Source: a bacterium (GTDB lineage Bacteria > Patescibacteriota > Saccharimonadia > Saccharimonadales > UBA4665). From it: 28,640 bases of DNA. Shown here piece by piece: positions 25,482 to 28,640 of the stretch (positions are counted from its first letter, which is position 1; each line of letters begins with the position of its first letter). The notes under the pieces were generated by a model. It did no database searches. It had not been told where the DNA came from and was given only the letters and a program-made list of their open reading frames with translations. Position numbers and translations under genes: made by a program. The stretch spans positions 1 through 28,640 of the forward strand of contig JAKPIL010000066.1 of NCBI GenBank assembly GCA_029549845.1, given 5' to 3'.

Positions 25482-27602
25482 ATGGCTCGCCGCTTCACGC
25501 AAAACTCAAAAACACTATCGAATAAGAGAAAACGCGCAAATAGAGTTGTATTGAGTGCGTTTGGCGCTATTGTCTCGACGCTGACGATCCTTGGTCTGGT
25601 GATTACCCATGTCCGTGCCGGCACCAGTGACTTCACTTTCGGGACAGTCGGCGACACCGGTACTTCTACAAATGCGCAAAGTGTGTTTAAGGCAATAGGT
25701 TCTACTGCTGCCAGCGATAGCATGTTTAAGTTTGTTCAGCATGTCGGAGATTATAGCTACGCAGAACTGGCCACGCCTGGGCCAAGCGGCACGACAGCCG
25801 GCACAAACGCTTGGTGCCAACTCGTAAAGGATAAAGTCAATGAGGGCGCTAGTCTCCCTTCAGGCAACACCCTCGGAGAGAACTTCCCTTTCATGCTCGC
25901 AACTGGTAATCACGAAGCGACACTTTCTCAGCCGAACCCTTCATTGTACGGTGTTGTCGGTAAGACCACCCCATACCATAACGATCAAATCGAGGACTTA
26001 AAAAACTGTTTACCAAATCAGTTCGCATCGCATACGACGACATCGCCTTTCGTGGAGGGTGGAGCATCAAATTCTAACTACGCTCGAGAATATTACTACG
26101 ACTACCCGTCCACAAACCCGATTGCTCGGTTTATTGTTACAGCGCCTGGTACGGCATATAACATGACGCAAACAGACGGGAACGGCTTGTATGATTATTC
26201 GGCTGGCAGTGACCACTACAACTGGTTATCTGGCGCGATTGATTCGGCTCGAAGTGGCGGCATAAAGTGGGTGGTTGTTACGAACCACACAAACTACATT
26301 GCGGCCTCCTCTGGTCACGATACGGATATATCATCGGACTATTTTAACTTACTTTTGACAAAAAAAGTCGACCTGATTCTTCAGGGCCACAACCACATTT
26401 ACCAGCGCAGCAAGCAGCTTGTTAACGGGGTATCTGGGTGCACAACACTGGTAGACAATACCTACAATGCGAATTGTGTTGCGAGTGATGGCGGTGCGAC
26501 GAACACGTTTACAAAGGGCGAAGGTGCAATCATGGCTATCGTCGGCATGGGTGGTGATGGCCTACACTCTATAAACAGCAGTGACGGTGACTATAGTTAC
26601 TTCGATGCAAATATGGGGCTGGGCAGTCAGGACACATTTGGGTTCCTAAAAGTTGCCGTTACAGATACGCAAATGACTGCAAGCTTTGTGCATGGCACAG
26701 GCCAGCCAACAGGCTTTACCGACACATTTACTATCGAGGGCCCTGCAGACACCACCGCCCCCGCTACTTCTCTGACGGCTCCGGTTGCCAGCGCGACCCT
26801 GTCCGGCACAACCACTCTGACCGCAACTGCTAGTGACAACGTAGGCGTTACCAAAGTTGAGTTCTGGGAAGGTGCCACCAAGCTAGGTGAAGACATCACT
26901 AGTCCGTACAGCTATGATTGGAATACGACTACCGCAACCAACGGTGCAGTCTCACTGACAGCTAAAGCATTTGACGCAGCAGGGAACTCAACCGTATCTG
27001 CGAGTGTGAGTGCCACAGTCTTTAACACCGCGAATGCTGTCCCAACGGTAAATCTCGGTACTACCGCATCCGCAGAGCCCACCCCTATCAGTAAGGCATC
27101 CATGAGTGTAACCGCTGGTACATGTAACGACTTTCGCACAGCAAAAACAGTTACAGCAACAGGGTTAACAGCGCCTGACGGGAATGTCACCGTACTGGGA
27201 GGCTTTGACTTCATTCTTGGCTGTAGCGCGGCTGGCGGAACGGCGACAGTAGATATTACGCTGGGCGCTCGCTACGAAGACACTTCTAAGCTGCGTGTTT
27301 ACAAAACGAACGGCACTACGGTCACTGACGTTACCGCACAAATGACTATCCAAAACACGGCGACTAGTACTGTACTGCGCTATACCCTCACCGATGGGAC
27401 TGGCTTCGACAGTGACGCGACAGTAAACGGTGCCATCGATGATCCGCTGTATGTCGGTGTTTTAGGCGCCACCACTACCGCTGAGGAACTCGCCGATACT
27501 GGTACGCGGCTTACGTCGGTACTTGTAGGTGCAGCCGTGCTGCTCACCGGGTCAGTCTACATCTTCAAACAAATTAGCCGGCGCTACCAGCTGCATAGAT
27601 AA
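25482..27602 (+). CDS. cell-surface purple-acid-phosphatase-like metallophosphoesterase with Ig-like (Big) and choice-of-anchor-U-like domains and an LADTG sorting signal
   Basis: VGDTG, VGDYSY, GNHE, VVTNH and GHNH metal motifs. DTTAP...TATASDNVGVTKVEF...AFDAAGN Ig-like repeat. YTLTDG..FDSD..VNGAIDDP. LADTG + TM + RR tail. SD AAGGAGG. Confidence 0.85.
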   Translation: MARRFTQNSKTLSNKRKRANRVVLSAFGAIVSTLTILGLVITHVRAGTSDFTFGTVGDTGTSTNAQSVFKAIGSTAASDSMFKFVQHVGDYSYAELATPGPSGTTAGTNAWCQLVKDKVNEGASLPSGNTLGENFPFMLATGNHEATLSQPNPSLYGVVGKTTPYHNDQIEDLKNCLPNQFASHTTTSPFVEGGASNSNYAREYYYDYPSTNPIARFIVTAPGTAYNMTQTDGNGLYDYSAGSDHYNWLSGAIDSARSGGIKWVVVTNHTNYIAASSGHDTDISSDYFNLLLTKKVDLILQGHNHIYQRSKQLVNGVSGCTTLVDNTYNANCVASDGGATNTFTKGEGAIMAIVGMGGDGLHSINSSDGDYSYFDANMGLGSQDTFGFLKVAVTDTQMTASFVHGTGQPTGFTDTFTIEGPADTTAPATSLTAPVASATLSGTTTLTATASDNVGVTKVEFWEGATKLGEDITSPYSYDWNTTTATNGAVSLTAKAFDAAGNSTVSASVSATVFNTANAVPTVNLGTTASAEPTPISKASMSVTAGTCNDFRTAKTVTATGLTAPDGNVTVLGGFDFILGCSAAGGTATVDITLGARYEDTSKLRVYKTNGTTVTDVTAQMTIQNTATSTVLRYTLTDGTGFDSDATVNGAIDDPLYVGVLGATTTAEELADTGTRLTSVLVGAAVLLTGSVYIFKQISRRYQLHR

Positions 27603-27643
27603 GTAAAGCGCCAAACACGTAGAGACAACTGGCACTAGTCTAT

Positions 27644-27676
27644 GAACAAACCGCAATCCTGTATTGCGGTTTGTTT
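27644..27676 (+). terminator. intrinsic terminator-like hairpin after the phosphoesterase gene
   Basis: GAACAAACCGCAAT-CCTGT-ATTGCGGTTTGTTT. Confidence 0.7.
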
Positions 27677-27717
27677 CGAAGGAGGCAAACCTTCTGTACT
27701 GGTGCGAGACAGTGCTA

Positions 27718-27744
27718 TTGGCACTGTGGACTTTTGAGTGCTAG
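27718..27744. promoter_or_regulatory. CIRCE operator (HrcA site)
   Basis: TTGGCACTG-N9-GAGTGCTAG versus the consensus TTAGCACTC-N9-GAGTGCTAA. Overlaps the -35 region of a promoter with TATAAT at 27750-27755, directly upstream of hrcA. Confidence 0.85.
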
Positions 27745-27762
27745 TTATGTATAATTTAGACC

Positions 27763-28461
27763 ATGACCGATAGACAAAAGCAAATACTGACCGCTGTTAT
27801 AGAGCAGTATGCAGAGGTTGCCGTACCAGTCGGCAGCAGCCTGCTAGCAAAGGTTTTTGGTGTTTCTAGCGCTACCATTCGCGCCGAAATGGCGGAACTT
27901 GAGGCCATGGGCTTCATTCGCCAGCCACACACCAGCGCGGGGCGCATCCCCACAGACAAGGGCTACCGCTTTTACGTGAATAACCTCTCTGAAGGCGAGG
28001 AGTCCTTTCCTGAGCGCGGTGCAGAACGGGCGCTATCTGCTCGCTTGCAAGATGGTGGCTTGCCCGAGCGAGCCATACGTAATGCGGTGGATACGCTCGT
28101 GGAGCTTACGCACAATCTTGGCCTTGCCACCATAGGCAATCAGCTTTATATTTCTGGCCTGAGCAACCTTTTTGGGCAGCCCGAATTTCACGGCGGAGCC
28201 CAGGTGCAACAGGTAGCGAGTTTACTTGATAACCTAGAACCGTGGCTGCGTGAAGCCGCGCCAAACCAGCCACTCACCGTCTATATAGGCGCAGAAAACC
28301 CCATAGGCCGCAGCGCCGATGTCAGCCTTATCATCAGCCGGTTCCGTAGCCCATTCAGCGACCACAGCTACATAGGCACGCTTGGCCCAACCCGCCAAAG
28401 CTACCGAGATGTCATGACGCTCGTCGCCCATGCCGGCCGTACCCTGGAGGAGGTCTTGTAA
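27763..28461 (+). CDS. hrcA: heat-inducible transcription repressor HrcA, short form
   Basis: [14 protein letters not shown]....PVGS, SSATIR.EM..LE..G...[19 protein letters not shown], and C-terminal [11 protein letters not shown]. 232 aa. Confidence 0.93.
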   Translation: MTDRQKQILTAVIEQYAEVAVPVGSSLLAKVFGVSSATIRAEMAELEAMGFIRQPHTSAGRIPTDKGYRFYVNNLSEGEESFPERGAERALSARLQDGGLPERAIRNAVDTLVELTHNLGLATIGNQLYISGLSNLFGQPEFHGGAQVQQVASLLDNLEPWLREAAPNQPLTVYIGAENPIGRSADVSLIISRFRSPFSDHSYIGTLGPTRQSYRDVMTLVAHAGRTLEEVL

Positions 28462-28640
28462 TGCAAGGCGATAGCAAGCCACCCCTGGAAGAATGGGCCA
28501 CAGCCAGTGTGGCCTCATACCAGCAAGCGCTTGCAGATGGACACATAGCTGTAGCGGAGCAGCTGGGATTAGTGATTGCTGCAGAAGCTGAATTATATGT
28601 TAAAGACGGACAGAAGCCTGAGGAAGTAGAAGAGGCCTTG
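28461..28640 (+). CDS. hypothetical protein, partial (runs off the window end)
   Basis: ATG overlaps the hrcA stop (TAATG). Reads [60 protein letters not shown], open to the end. Confidence 0.6.
   Translation, partial: MQGDSKPPLEEWATASVASYQQALADGHIAVAEQLGLVIAAEAELYVKDGQKPEEVEEAL

Noticed and set aside
27693-27719. Possible second CIRCE (TCTGTACTG-N8-CAGTGCTAT)
   Set aside because: The left arm is too degenerate and the spacer is 8 rather than 9 nt.

Overview
A gene-dense bacterial chromosome segment in genetic code 11 with no CRISPR array, rRNA, prophage or transposase visible. The gene set (short HrcA, TilS without a C-terminal domain, orphan VirD4-like ATPase, [LV]xDTG-tailed surface proteins, no biosynthetic pathways) suggests Candidatus Saccharibacteria/CPR, which is an inference. 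The housekeeping backbone is an LCP-family gene, tRNA-Met(CAT), tilS, ftsH, a VirD4-like ATPase, murJ, lepA, bcp, gmk and hrcA with a CIRCE operator. Accessory genes include a GT4 glycosyltransferase, an ATP-grasp protein, an SDR, DMT and TSUP transporters, a MacB/FtsX-type ABC pair and two cell-surface enzymes. The most notable unexplained features are these. (1) An AT-rich secreted HExxH metallopeptidase gene is bracketed by two near-identical direct copies of a structured REP/MITE-like element, one of which carries a nested 103-bp insertion. (2) An unannotated transcription unit at 150-559 consists of a perfect promoter, a ~225-nt structured leader, a 31-aa small ORF and a terminator. (3) A ~195-nt end-to-end folding ncRNA candidate lies downstream of gmk. 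(4) A hypothetical gene is split at a G7 tract. (5) A 7-mer tandem repeat is inserted in frame in tilS. (6) A hairpin buries the SD of the GT4 gene, and a TGTGA-N6-TCACA site sits in a divergent promoter. (7) Most genes show leaderless-type start geometry. All structures and promoters were read by eye; no computation or database search was run.
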